From assembly GCA_050084985.1 (NCBI GenBank), contig JBITNC010000001.1, forward strand, positions 54,312,001-54,376,000: a DNA stretch of 64,000 bases, in the 5' to 3' direction. Origin of the DNA: Nageia nagi. Its lineage: Eukaryota; Plantae; Pinophyta. This document shows positions 12,001 to 27,000 of this stretch, piece after piece. The notes under the pieces are model-generated. The model searched no databases. It had not been told where the DNA came from and saw only the letters and a list, made by a program, of their open reading frames with translations. The first letter of the stretch is position 1. Each line of letters opens with the position of its first letter. Position numbers and translations under genes: made by a program.

Positions 12001-15000
12001 AAACGTAGTTGTCCTTCTTCTTTGAATCCTCTGGCATCGACCATTCTAGAAATGTACTCCTCAATGATAGCGGCATATATCTTGGCCAAGTGTGACCAAT
12101 CATGATGGCCCAATAGTTGCTTAGTTTGTTGGGATCTTTAGACTTGAATATGGGGTGGATGATGTTGGTGGTCCAAGATGAGGGAAAACTTGAGAAAATG
12201 ATATTATTGAAAAACGTGGAGAAGAAGGTGAGTTTTGCACGTTTGAGTAACTTAGCTTGAAAGTTCTCAATGTTTGGATATTTCTTTGAGTTGTGTTTTG
12301 GGATAGCTCGTCGACAAGAGAGGGAGAAAAGAAGTTCGAGGTGAGGGGACATGAGAAGTGGAGGGGTGGAGATCGATAGGAACATGGTAAAGATGAGAGG
12401 CATACTATTTCTAGGCATGGAGGGTGATGGAGTTTAAAGTGGACAATTCTGGATTGTGGGCCACTACCTACTTTCCTTGCTTCAAAAACTTCTTGGCAAT
12501 TGCTAGTTCTTGGGAATGCATTCGTATGTGAGATCTACGAAGATGCAATTTGGCAAGGAAGGGAGGATCTTCTTGGCTCATAGGATAGAAAGCCTATGTT
12601 CGATTGTGTGCAAGTGCACGAGAAATGATGAGTCCTTGGGAAACCAAACACGATCAACAAGTATTTTAGATAGATGTAATGTGTCATGGATGAAGTTTAA
12701 GATAGTCTCTATAGAATTGATAGACCTCTGAAACAAAGATTGAGATGTTTATGTTGTTTGCATCTCTCCTCTTTGAATTTCTTAGTGAATTTTGTCGCAA
12801 TGATCAGGGTAAACTTATCTCCACAACCTTAGATTGCATCTGCCCAACAAGAGGTTTGCACTTGAATTTGGTCAGCCAAGCTTGCGTGGGTGTTTGTATG
12901 GTTGAGAATTTCTTCTCTTAGTATAGCCATTTCCTCTTGCAGAGTATTGTAGATTTGGAGAAATCAACTATTGTGGAAGAATTTTTTGATTGCAACACTA
13001 CTGTATTTGTTGACAATGAAGAGGCTAAGCTTGAGTAAGTATCTATGTTCTTCATCCTGTAGTCATAATCATTCAATTGATTTTTCAATGCTAGAATGAT
13101 GGTCTATTGTTTGAATTGGCTAAGCGGAGGGAGTAAACCTATTTTGATAATTGTTGGTTCATTTTTTCTAACCTCAACAATTGAATGCCATAGGTGAGAT
13201 AAGGGATCTACACTTTGGAAGAGTGAACATTGTTGGGAGACCTGATCTATTTTATTGTTCTGAAAGTGGGAGTATCCTTGGTTAATACATATCCACAAAA
13301 TTGTAATTGGTTAGTCTAGCGTGGGGTGGGGTAACAACGCAATTAGGAGAAGGATCCTCCATCACGTTGGGTCTCATATTTAGGATTTGTGTTCCACCAT
13401 GAACATGGAGAAGTCGTGACTCAACCGAAAGGATTTGTCTAAGGTAGATCCCAAAGCTTGCGCACGAGCTACCAGGTGTGGTCTCAGGCAGAGAAGCTAT
13501 AGAGGCATGCAATCATGCAAAGTTGTGGAGGCTGGGAGGCAGTGTTGAAATTGTGTGAAGATGCAATGCGGGGATGTCGCAAGGCCATAGAGGTCGTTAT
13601 CTAGATCGTGGAGGTTGCGTAGGTTGTGTGAAGTCATGTGGGATCAGATGCAGGGGTTACGAGGTTTGCGAGGTTGCGATGGTTAGATTGTGCTATGGTT
13701 GTGGTCCAGCATTGCACAAGGCTGCAAGGTTGTTCAGCTGCAATGAAGGATCGTGGAGGCTATGCGAGGTTAGGGGTCCAAGGACCACGAGGCTGTGGGG
13801 TTAGGTCAGGAGCAAATGTGAAAGCAACATGATTGGCTAGGGGGAGTGGTGAATACTTGAAGATCATGAATATGGGGAATCAAAGATAGCTAGCAAGAGC
13901 ATTATCCATTATACTCGCATCCCCACTATTCGATAAGCAGGTATATTTGTTGGATTTCAGGAAGCAGGTATATTTGTTGGAATTCAGAAGTAGATATATT
14001 TGTTGGAATTCAGAAGTAGGTATATTTGTTGGAATTTGGGAGGCAAGGTAGCCCATTAAGAATATAAAGATCTCTTGATTCCCATATGTTGTAACAAGGG
14101 CATTCTTGTTTGCAGAAGTCCTTTGTAAACCAAAATCCCAAAGATACAACTCCCGAATGCAAAGCTCATCATCCCCAAGCTCATGTATAGGCATCTAACA
14201 ATTCCTAGCCTTGTTATTAAAATTGGCAAAAATTGACAATTTCAAAATTGATCTCCAAAAAATGCTATGATTTGGATGGGGAATCATTTTTTTTCGAGAA
14301 TCATTTTTTGGAAATTGATTGATTCTGGGTGATTCTGATACTGATTCCAATTCTGATTCTCGTTTTTGGCAACAAAATTGGTCAGGATTTTGCAATTTGT
14401 TTTTTGAATTTTTATGGCAATTTTTTTTATCGTCTTCATACTTTGCACATCATTAGCTTAGAATTTCTTTCAATTTTTTCTTTTCTTGATAGGATTTAAA
14501 TTTTAAATCACTAAGTAAGCTATCTAGATTTAAATGTAGGATAGGAATATATGGTTAACATTTGGGTGAATATTTCCTGTTTATTGGGTTGTGGTACATG
14601 CAAACTGTAATGTTATTCATACATATGATTGTTGGGCATCATGTTTTGGAAGAAATAAAATTCATTTGCCATGTATTCCAGCAGTAGGGGTTGCCTAAGA
14701 TCTTTCAATTTGGTCATAAGATTGTCCTTTTTCTTGTAATTGTTGTTGAAAGAGTGATAAAAAAAGTTCCCCAAAACAAGTCCCTATTTTATCTAGCTTG
14801 ATGATTTGACTGCACATTCTGCATTAGCCCTGCTTTGATGTTTTGGTTTTATATGACCTGAGTGTCTTAGGGGTTTGAGTTCGTCCAGATTAGGGTTTAT
14901 TCATGCTTGAATACATGTAGCTCCACATAGAAAAATAGGAAACTTGCACTCAAAGACATGTAACTTACATAGAAACTTGCACTGAAAATATATAGATGAA

Positions 15001-18000
15001 AAATATGGGCTAGAAGTTACAAACTAAGGGCTGATGCAATCCAAGGTTGGCGCTCACAACATCGAGGAAACTGTGTAGAACTAGCAAGGAGATATTTGTG
15101 CAGTTGGAAGTTTTGATTGCTAACAAGAGAAACCAACAAGGGAAGTTGGGATGAACATGCAGAGAAGTTGCGATGGATGGTTCCCAAAGTGGAGGTTTAC
15201 ATGCACAGGTCCCATTTAGGATTAGATATACAATTCAGAGAGGCAACATGTGGTTCAGAAAGCTCATGATGGAATGCTTTTATGTCCTCTTAGATAGCCA
15301 GTGGCTAGTTGCGCAACTCAGATGGTGGAACTCATGGCATAGATGAGTGTTGGAACACCAGATGTTGGAATGTGCAGCCTAGACACCGAGGTAGGCACTA
15401 GGGTGGGAACAAATTGGCTCAGAACTAACGCACGCAAGCATAGAAGAGGTTCATATAAACAAGAATATTGTAAGACTATCATGGGGAGTTGCAGGCTCAC
15501 CAAATGTGGATTTTTGAGATGCAAACAGTGAGATCCCACGAGGGACAAAGCTAAGGCAAACACTCACATACGTGCAGGTTAAAATAGATTCTCATGCTTC
15601 ATGCTATGTTAACCTGATTTGTTGTGGAAATTACCTCGCTATCTAGAATGCTTGACATTTGTTCAGTCACTCCCGCTTGACAAATGCTCCTGTTGATGTT
15701 AGAGAAATTTTGAAAACCTTTGAAAATGTGGATTTTGTTAGAAGGCGACAAATTGCTTGGCGAATTATGGAGCCATTAGAGATGAAGACAGGAAGTGGGT
15801 GTCCCTAGGGTAAATCCATTAGGTATTTGAAAATGTCACTCGGAAGGACTATAAACAAATAGGATCAAGCTAGCAATGTATATCAAAGGTTGTGGGTGTC
15901 CCTTAAACTCAATTGTTTGTGCCCTATTAGTCTTCGGGCTAAATATATCTTCTTTTAGGTTTTTTGAGGTTGGTTGGGGCTGGTGTGTGGACCCATTTTG
16001 AGCCTATTCTAGGTCTGTTTTGTTTTCTGGTTTGCAATAGGCTGGTCGTTTCTTCCTAGCTGGTCTAAAGTACCTACCTAAGACTTTGTGCAGTAGAAGG
16101 CCAATCGGTTGGTTGTTTTGTTTCCTCTCTTTGTAGAAGGTTTGGGCCCTTTCAAAATCTCAATTTTAACCTAATAAAAAGACATCCAGCAAAGCCCTAA
16201 TTGAAGGACAACAGGTAAGAAAATGAAAACTAAAACTAAGCGGGTGCAATTTTGTAGTATTCAATTCTTGTGAGTTTACTTCTTTCATTGCTTGTAAGCA
16301 ACGCTTACAAAATTGACATATGATTGGCTTAAACATGTGATAGGAACTAATTTAAACAAAAATTCAAAAACACTTGCAAAATCTCAAGAAGAAAAGGAAA
16401 TAAAACTCAAAGTATAGAGGGTTGCAAACATCTAAATCTTCTCCCATATGCTAAAAACACATAATTTTAAAATATTAGAATAATACGGTAGTTGTTATTT
16501 GTGGTTTACTAGTTTGTTGTACATATCCATTCATGGATCACCCATGTATAGTTTGTTGCATAGTCATTCTGTTGTGACTGTTAGTTATGTGTGTCATCTT
16601 ACATATGTATAAATATGCATCATCTATAATGGAATATCAATGCAGTCTTCCATCTGATACTTAATGCAAATTCGTAAGTTTTGATGAACAAAGAAGTATA
16701 TATTATGTAGCATTTTCCAGGTCAAACACTTATTTAGCATTGGAAGATTAGTGTAGTCGGAGTTGCAAAAATAGTCTTATACCTCAAGAGATCACACGTG
16801 AAATATGCAAACCAAAGATGATGCTAATAACAAACATCATATTCACTCTGTTAAGAAGATCCGTATGATTGAGAGTTACTAATACCATGGTATTTTTAAA
16901 ACTTGCGCATAATCATTGATTATTGGCTGTGTCAAAGACAACGAAGTATCGCCCGAAAATCGTCCAAACGATAAAATGGTGATTTGCGTTTTTCCATGCA
17001 TTTAATCGGCGGAAAAAAGGAAAAAAATACAAATTAGGGTTTCATCGGTAGGAAATGGTTGAGGTTAGGGCTTCGCTGCCGTTGTTGTGGGTGGCCCTAG
17101 CTGTCGTGGTTGTGGGCATCCATTTTTTTAATTCATGTGTTTTATTTTATTAACTTTGTTTTCTAAATCGCTTTTCTAATTTTTAAATTCGTTTGTGTAT
17201 TGTTTTTAATCTGTTTGTTTATTTTTTAGAAAATTTATTTGTTTTATAAAATCTAATGTTTTATAAATTTTCTTATTCATTTTTTTAATTTTTAAATTCG
17301 ATTGTTAAATTTTTATAAGTTCATTTCTTTATTAATTTTTTAAATTGTAAATAAATATAAATTTTAATTAAATTATTTTTAAATGAATTTAAATATATAA
17401 TTTAAAATATTATAGTATTATTTTTTAAATAATAAATAAATAGAAAGTGTTATAAATAAACATTGTCTTGTTATATATTTTTATGATGTTTACTATATCT
17501 ATTTTTCATTGTAAACGCAAAAATCTGTTTTTTTTTTTTTTGGTAAATAAATGCTGCATCGATGATTAATCCCCATGTCAAGCCGAAGGATTATGGGCAG
17601 TTGGCAAGTTTTAAAACCTTTGACTAATACATAGGCAAACAAGGAATATAAAATCTGATAAGACATATAACATGGTGCAAGCTGCCGAACTTGCTGAAAC
17701 TATATGCTTGTCCCTTAAAGAGAAAATGGTAAGGAACATATGAAATTCGAAAAAAGGAGTTGAATAACCAATAAAACTCTACAAAATATTAACAAGACCA
17801 AAACCAATCCATGTAATAAGGAACCGAAACCTGAGAAGTTAGTAAAAAACCTCTCTGAAGTGTAGTAATAAAAGATTAACAAGGCAGGGCATGTTTACAT
17901 TTCAGTAAAATTTACACTAATTCAAGAACCCAAGATTTTGGTGCCAAAGGTTTAATTAACAATAGTCAATTATTTTTTGATGTAATGAATGTATATTCCA

Positions 18001-21000
18001 AGACCATGGCCTTCAATTCCATACATGGAAATAAAACTTGTTAATGTGATAAGGCTGACTTCCAAACAACCCTAAGATCCTGCATTCAAGAGATATGAAG
18101 TTAGTGATTCCCTTTTGGGAGTATAGATGATTGCCAGATGTGTCACATTGTTGCAGGAATTGTTGAGCCAAGGGTTTTGTGAAAGTCCCTCTAATGCTAT
18201 GTTTGCAATATTTTTTCTCCGCCAAGTAACATGGATTTACTAACATTTTACAAAGGAGATGGCTATTGAAATCCTTATGTCTCAGATAGGATTGCACAAC
18301 TATAAGATCCTTGCAAATTTATATATATATATATATCAAGATCAGATGTGTTTTCTCTTTTTTTATACCCTTATTTGTTTCTTGCATGTACTTATGGCAG
18401 TGTCATAGTACTGCAATTAAAACAAAGATAAAATTAGTAAAATATTAGTGGAATAATCTTTATACAGATAAGATTGTTTTTTTGTATATTGAGCCCCCAA
18501 ATGACATTGAGGTGATAGATTATTCTTGTATCAATCTTAACTTTTTGAAGCTAGCTTGCATTGGTAATGATCTAGTTAAATAAGTAATAACAATTTGAGG
18601 TTTTGAACTTTAATGTCCCATGTAGATTGATGCTGATTGATCTACAGGCACAAATGGGTTGATGGAGAACAACTTCAAGCACTGGCATATGATGTTCCCA
18701 TTCCTGGATATAACACAAAGAATACTATCAGTCTTCGTCTGTGGGAAGCAAAGGCTGCTTCTAAAGACTTTGACCTATATGCATTCAATGAGGGACAGTA
18801 CGAGACTGCTGCACATCTTCATTCAAAGGCTCAACAGGTGTAGAACATGGAAGATTAATTACATTTTTACTTAAAATTCATATTGTGGTTTTCGTATACA
18901 ATTTATCATATTTCAGGAATTAAAAAATGGTTATTAGGAACTTAGAATTATAACCAAGATCATGGCATTGATATCAATGAGCCATTTTTATTATGTTTTA
19001 AATTTCCTGTCTATAAATGAGTGTATACCAGGATACACAGTAATGAGTTGTGGATAATTTTCAAAATCTGAATGTGATTGTTATGGATATTCTGTTGCTG
19101 GAAGAGCATTCAACTCTTCTGCCAACTTAAAGGCCAAGTTTTCTTATTCGCTTTGTAAATTATTATGTTACTTTGATTTCTAACTTTTTAGACAGTTTTG
19201 TTTGTCTTTATACTAGTTTGATCACATTTAACTCTCTTAACTTTTTCCTTTAAACTACAAAAATGCAGTTTTTATGTTATATTACATGTTTTAACTTTTA
19301 CTTGTTCCTTTTTCAAGTTAAGAGTTGTTTTTCTTAATATCTGTTTGATATTTCTAATACATCCCCGGCTTTTGGCAATGAATTTCATTTCCTGTTTCCA
19401 TTAGTGTCCAGATCTAAAAAATATTCTTACTATTAGTATTCGTTTGAAATTGTTTTTGATTATAATTTTCAATTTCTTGGTAGACATAAAGAGCTGTTTT
19501 TGGCAGAGTGTTTACTTTTTTTTGGTAGTGTCTGTCCATTATTTTTTGCCTTCTATCACTTTCTCTAAGGTGAAAATTGTGCCAGCTTAACTCATATTAC
19601 ATAATTAAAATTACAATATTCTAGATGATATTTTTGCATTTACTTGCAAGTTGCAATTATTTAAGGAGTTGTAAGTGCAAACAGTGTTCTACATGTATGT
19701 GATGAATTGTAATCACAGTACTGGACTGCAGAAATATGATATTTATCAAGGATTGTTCCTTACAAGAGCTCTTAGTTTTATGCTTTTTGTACCATGTCAA
19801 ACAATTCTGCCATTTCATCGAGCTATGCTTCCTCTTTGTTACTGAATGTTTCCTTAATAGGTAATTAATGAATCTTGAGTAAGTCTATTGTTCAGTAAAT
19901 CTTATACTTGAAATATTTTGGAGATCAGAACTAGATGGAATAAATGTATTTTATCCACCCTTACTATATGTACTTTGGTTTTCACTTCTGTAACATTTTC
20001 TTGCATGATGCCTCACCATTCTCTGACCACACTTAGGAAATATTTATGCTAACCTGGCTGTCTTGAGCAGTTGGCTTTTATGGATTATTTGAAAGCATGT
20101 GGCGAATTACGAGACATAGTAAGGTAGTCTTTACTATTGATTTTGTGGGAACTTAGTATCTCTATGCCCTTTTAATTTGGGTGGCAGATTCTTCTTTCCT
20201 TTTCTTACTGAAGTGTGCTCATCCTTTTATAACCACACTTTTCAGAGATGGGACTGTGCTTTGTGTCCTGACCAAAAATAGCTCTTTCTGTCCAAATGTT
20301 CTTTCAAAGTGAGTTTAGGTAATCTGTAGTGTTTGAGTGCCCATGTTGTTCACTGATCTTCAATAGTGAGATTTTGCAGATATGTGCTGTATTGTACCCT
20401 GGGATGCGACAGAGGAAGGAAAGCATCTTCGTCTGAAGCAGCAGTTTTTTCTATGCAGTGCCTCTTTACAAGTATGTTGAAAAATTTCTCCGCAGTATGT
20501 TGTATTTTCTTGAAGTTTAATGTCAGACTTTGGTGACACTAACTGTAAATCCAAAATTGTCACACTTGGTGGTTTTGATACTTGCAAAACAGATTTCTCT
20601 CTACTGTTTGAAATATTAGCATGTAGCTTAATATCTACTTACGTGTATAAAGTGTGGAGACAATCTTTACGAACTTGGGGTGCAGGTGAGACAAGCATGA
20701 TTGTGGTCTACAATTTCAATTTGGCACACCTTAAAAATACTTTTGATTTAGTTTGCATGGCCTGTGATAGTTTAGATCTTTACAGTCGATATATGCTTTT
20801 GTAAGTCTAAAACACTCTTAACAGTCATTCATTGATGCCTATAATCACGCATTTGAACCATGTGGAGTATTTCAAACTGTAGAGGTTTTAGGATTTTTTT
20901 TTATGTGATAGCAATACAGGAAAATTACTTTCAACCTTATAAAATCAAACAAAACTATAGGAAAACTGGTTAAATGAAAGTTAGGATTATATTTTTCAAT

Positions 21001-24000
21001 GAGAATGAATATGCTTTGGGATCTGAGCAGATATTTTCTGTTATTTTACCCAGAAGAATAAGAAAATATTCTTGCTTGTAAGCTTTGGTATGCTGCTGGA
21101 GGATGCATATTTGACATGATCAGCCTATCATAGGTGGCACTGTTATGTAGACAATTTGCATGATAAAGTGCCTCTTCTTATAGATTGAGTGATTCTGCAT
21201 TGATTGTGCTACCTGAGACTGAGGGATTTATTAAAGAGGAAAGAAAGTAAATATCGCAATAGAGAATCTAGGTCATTGTGGATTCACAAGACCTTTTTTC
21301 TTCTGCCTTGGCTTGATATTCATAGATGGTGTTGTTGATAAGAGTGACTAATTTGGGCCAGTGGATGCTTAGAATGAGATTGAAGAAAAGTTGTCAACTA
21401 TTTCCCTCCTCTTCCTTGGGATTCTGATGATTTTCCATAATATAGGCCTAACTACACACATTTTGATTTTAGAATTAAGTAATCCTTTCGTCGTAGGAAT
21501 TATTATAAAGAATTAATTAGTTTCAAATGCATCATAGGGATTCAAGTAGCATTATGGGACATTAGTAAGACATTGAATATTTCAAGTAAAATCATTTGGA
21601 GCATGCAATTCATATAGTTGATCCCCTTACATATGTGTTACTGAAGGTTATATTTAAAGAAGAAAAGGAACTTGGGTGGGGCCAATATAGGTGAGCTGAA
21701 TCACTTGTAATGAAAGGGCTTGAAGTTGTTTATTTCTGAGGCCCCTAATAATATTAAAATCATTAAGAAGACACACATTATACATTAGTCAATATTGAAA
21801 GTTTATGTAATGATAAGTTTAGGTGTGGCAGTTCTTTAGGTTAGTTTTGTGGGTCATCAGAAGTTATAAGAATCATGTGATTTTTGAGTCCATCATCATC
21901 TTTCAATTTTCGACATTGACTGCAATACAAAGACAAAAAATTTGATACTTAATTGTCAATCCCTTTCCTTGAAAAAGACCACCTCGACAGTTGCCAATTG
22001 AGTTGATGAAATTTAATAAAAGGTAAGGGGTTATAATTAAAATTTCCTTGTTCTTTTGTTTCAAGCATTTCAGTTCAAGTTGTATTGTTTTGTAACAAAA
22101 TAACTTAGCTCACAAACAAATCTAGCATAGCAGTCTGCAATTCACATAAATATATGAGCAGAAAAATAACAATATACTTCAGTTAGTAGTAGCAGATGCA
22201 GTAGTTAATATCTTAGATAAGAAATCAATAATGCTAGCCACATTCGAGAGGTTAGAATCTGCAATAGTTGCCTTGAGATTGCAGGTTTCCAGATGTGCAC
22301 CAGTATAGGGTAAGAAAGGAAATATTTTATTTGATGATGATTATTACATTCACAATACAACCAATTTATTTACGTTTAGATCACTGACGCTAATCTTTAT
22401 GCTCCGGGCTGGCTTTAATACCATCAATCCTATCCTAAGTGGTCAGGCCAATCAATTACAAGATAGCTATTGCTTATCAGTCAGGCCATTACAAGTTTCT
22501 TAAGACATTGTTTTCTTCAATTTCTAGATGATTGGAGAGGACACTAGGAAATAACAAACTTTATCTTGTTAATATAATTGACCTTATGTGATGTTTTAAA
22601 AGCAATGTATAATATTCTTTGAAAAATTGAACCTTCACATATTGATTTTCAAGCTAATGTTTTGCTCAAGTTTCAACCAACTTAGATCTTACTAGGAAAG
22701 ATATTGATGATCTTGATGTTGATGATAAAACTAACCCTTCTCTAATATAATGAAAGAGCACGACATGGTCGTTGCTCCATATGTTGTATACTCCAATTTT
22801 GTTGATTTATACTTGTATATAGATGCACACATTTTGAAATGTGTGTATATATATCAGGCCAATACAAAGGCCTAAGAAAACTTAAATGAATAATAAATAC
22901 CATGGAACAATATTTAGAAATAGACTAGAACAAAGTATCAATACATTCAAATAAGAAAGGATTTTTATTGATGTTCACTGGTCACCAGAGTAACTCAATC
23001 GGACTTCGTAAGAAATTTCTTTACACAAAGAACTGGGAAGGCCCTAAGAGGGTCCAAAATGAGAAATAAATAAGCTAAATGTATAACTGAACAAATCTAA
23101 GCTAGAAAAAGATCCAAGATATGCTAGAAAAACATGTTGCAATCCAAAAAGATGGATTAAGATTTAATGAATGTTGAGCTGCGACATGGTAGAATTATTA
23201 TCATCACTAGTTACCCTGAGAGAGATGATACAAGATTTGATAATGCTCATGGAGGAGTGGCCCTAGTTGGACAAAACTTGGAGAGTAGATATCTCTCCCA
23301 CCATCCAAGGCCAAGGAACCTATAGAAGAAGATAAAAAGCTAGTAATATATGTCTTTCTAGGCAGTTTAGTATGCAAGTGAGAGAAGTTGTCCATTTATG
23401 TTGAATAAAAATTGGATCCCTTTTTCCGAGTGCATGTAGAAGCTTGTGCAACTATTTTTCAAGGGAGACGAGGTGTTTTTAATTTGTTGTCTCTAGGCTA
23501 GATTATAGAATAAAAAACGTTTTTTTGAAAATACGGCTCGAGGCCAAATATGTAAAAACGGCAAAAAAATGGTCAAAGTACAGTGAATAAGGCAAAAATT
23601 CACGGGTTTTAAAATTCGTGAATACGGAAAAATGCCAAAAAAAAGGGAAAATTTCGTGACAAAAAAATTTAGTAAATTTGAGGAAAAATGGCCAAAAAAT
23701 GGCCCAAAACGGAAAAAAGGCCAAAAAACAGCGGTTACGACAAGTACGGCAAGGTTTGTATTCATGTTTTTTTGTTGTTTTTTGGACATTTAAATGGAAA
23801 AAAAACGGTAAATAAGAAAAAAAGGCCACGTTTTCAACGTTTTTTTCCCATTTAAACGGCCATTTTTTGCTAAGTAAAAAATGACGTTTTTGGCATTTTT
23901 TGAGGGAAAATATGGGTTTTTTGAAAGAATGGAAAAAACAACGTTTTTTGTGTTAAATGGCGTTTTTTAATTCTGTGGGCTAGATACTGATTGCATCAAA

Positions 24001-27000
24001 TGATTTTGGGGTATTTAGTGGCAAAGATATGGAGGAGATTAACCTAATGGTTTAGAAGTCTCTTGCAAGATTTCTGACTAATGTTACTTGTTTCTTGAAG
24101 GATGGAGCCGAACACATTTGGTTAGAGAAGGAAAAGAAAGTGGCCCAAGCCTCACTAGAATATTTGAACAAGCAATAGTACCTCCCTTAGACATCGTATA
24201 ATATAGAGAATATAATGATGTATTGTTCTTTACATCCACTCTTTGAAGGATCAAAGGTGATATGCCTGCTATCTCTGGAGATATGATGGTCATGCTCAAC
24301 TTGCAAATGATGGTAAATGGCCAATGGGGATCTTGAGGCTATTAGTCCATTGCTGTTGAATATAACGAGGATGAGTAATGATGCCATTCTAGATTGATAG
24401 GAAGTGTCTACCTTTATCGACTTAATCATCACCCTTTAATCAGGTAAGAGGCAAGTCAGAGCATTCAAGGAGTATTAGAAGGCAGGAATTCAACCTAAAA
24501 TAATATTAACGGAATGGAGGATAGAGTCTCTGCAAACGAGCTCCAATAACAACCATCCAAGCTCTTGAAGGGAACCAACTCCAAGAGAAAAAGAGCTAAA
24601 TATGGATATCTCTCACCTTATATTCAGGTCAAGCTGTAAACTTCTTTTTGACAACTACAGGAATGTTATGGATGCATGGGTCTTGGAAAATGTTACTTTT
24701 ACATTATACATAAAGAGAAACAAGGATCCCCAGTTTGGGATTGTGAAATAATGAAGGCCGTTGGAGGAATAACTAGAAAGAATTACTAAAGTAAAACAAA
24801 TCATTACACAAGATAACTTACTGTGGTTATTGACTTTGAAGAACAATCCACAAATTATATAAATAATACATATTGACAATAATCTTTAACTGCCATTGCC
24901 AGTATGGGATTGTCAAAAATACTTTTCTTAGTATAAATCATGTAACTTTGAGATATTATAGATGAATAAACCATGTCAATATAAGATATTGTGAGATTTC
25001 TGAATACTGCAATGTTATTTCATTAATAAGTACAAGTATTTATACAAACATTCTACAACCAACTTGGTTGTCTTCACCCTCAACTAACAACTCACAAGAT
25101 ACTTATATAGACAAACAACTACAACCTCAAACATTACACCCATGATGTAATACTATTCCTAACATCCCCCTTATTACATCAATCTCTAAATGGGGATAGT
25201 ATACTAATATCTACTTGATGAATACATATAGCAGTTAATCAAAACATAAGGTATGAGTAAGGACATACACATCTACTCATGACAAGCAATAGTGGAATTC
25301 ACTTTACTACATCTCTTCATTTGGACATGGACAAGGACACACTCGACCATCTATGATTCACTTCTGCAATTGGATAGGGACACCCATGTTATCCATGGTT
25401 CGAAGGATAGGAACAAACACTTCTATCTTAGGTTGTACAATAAATGTGGGTAGGGACAAACATATCTATGCAACATCGAAATTAGGAATAGGGACACATA
25501 CATCTGTTGACAGTCATAATGATTAGGGACAAACACATCCAATCATAATCACCATCTATGATTGGGGATAAACATATCCATTCACTTTTGCCTCATCTAG
25601 TAAACGGGGACAAACACATCCATTCACCTTAAGTGGAGTATGGGCCTTCTTTTACCGATACAAATCCTTGAGCTTGCCTCTTTGACTAAGAGCATCCTTA
25701 TGGTAACCTTCTCCTCCTACCGAATTGCATTAATCACCAGCCGCTACAACAACCGGGTATAGGAGGATAGGTCACTACTTATGAGGTTTACTCTATGGAT
25801 TTTAGGTCAAGTCATCTTCTCCAATTACCTATGACAACTCGAAAAATCTTGAAATTTTGAATCAAGTGCACATTGTATGAAGGAATAATATATCTTCCTC
25901 CCCTTGATGTGAACTTCTTACAATAATTTAAGAGTGTCAGATAACTCTGATCATGTACTCCGAAGTCATCATTTTTTTTTTAATAATATATATCTCATGC
26001 TCTCTTAACATGACTAAACTCTTAAACTTAGCATTATCTTCTCATTAAATTCTACATATTGAAGCTCTATTTTAACAATAGTAATTAAATATTACTATAG
26101 TTATATGTTATGTTTTATGTTATTCAACATAACACCTTATAGCTTCAAATGAACCACCTAATAATACAAATACTAACTATATATACTGCAATTGCAATAG
26201 AAAGTCCCCATGTGGTGATTTGACTGGTTAATTATTCCAACTCGTTGGTGGCATCCGCCATGTAGTGTTAGTTTCATCCAGCAAGAATGTCATTCATTCC
26301 GTTCTATGTTCGTTCCTCGTGTGATTCCACCATGAACCTGCCTCTAACATTCAGTTTGCTTCCTCTGAACACCATGACGGTGGCTATGCGTGCCACCTTC
26401 TGTTGATTGGTGATTCCTTGATCTGTTTGAGCATCAATCGTTTGTCCCATGAACTCCACATGAGCTTTATTTTATTGCACAAGTGCAGTACAACATTTTG
26501 ATTTGCAACTTTGTTTTGAGAGATTGGTGCCCTTTATTTCATCGCTAGCACAGCATGCAAGATTATATATGTGTTGTTTGTTGCGCCACTCGCCTAATGA
26601 TCTCCGCCACATTGCCCATCGTGTATCCAATGCGTATTTACTCCTTTGACCTGCCACGTGTGAGACTGTTGTATAGACAGCTCCGCTAATCAAGATTGCC
26701 GATTGCTAACTCCATTCTCCATCGTTTGCCATTTCCTCGCTAGTCGCCTACGTGGATGGAGAAGCCCATCGTTGTAGAGTTCCTTTGCATCATGGATTTC
26801 GCCTAGTCCATTGGAGACTCTAGCTTACTCAGACGTCCTCCACTTATCTAACTATATTTAGGCCACTGTGGATTCCTTTACTCCATCGGATCGCCGCTTC
26901 ACCACACTTCCTTTTGGCATTAACCCACCATTCATACACCACCGAAATCTCTATCACAAACCGGGCAACTTTTGCACATTGTCTTGCGTTTAGCGAAGAT

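Noticed and set aside
13935-14045. CRISPR-like repeat
   Set aside because: Head-to-tail units with no spacers, in a eukaryotic context.
14195-14430. Possible MITE
   Set aside because: Only one terminus-like end; no TSD found.
23493-23829. Phe-rich ORFs of 98-108 aa
   Set aside because: Produced by the A/T tracts of a MITE.
25320-25630. Repeat-spacer-like array
   Set aside because: Degenerate tandem repeat with irregular spacing inside an LTR element; no cas genes.
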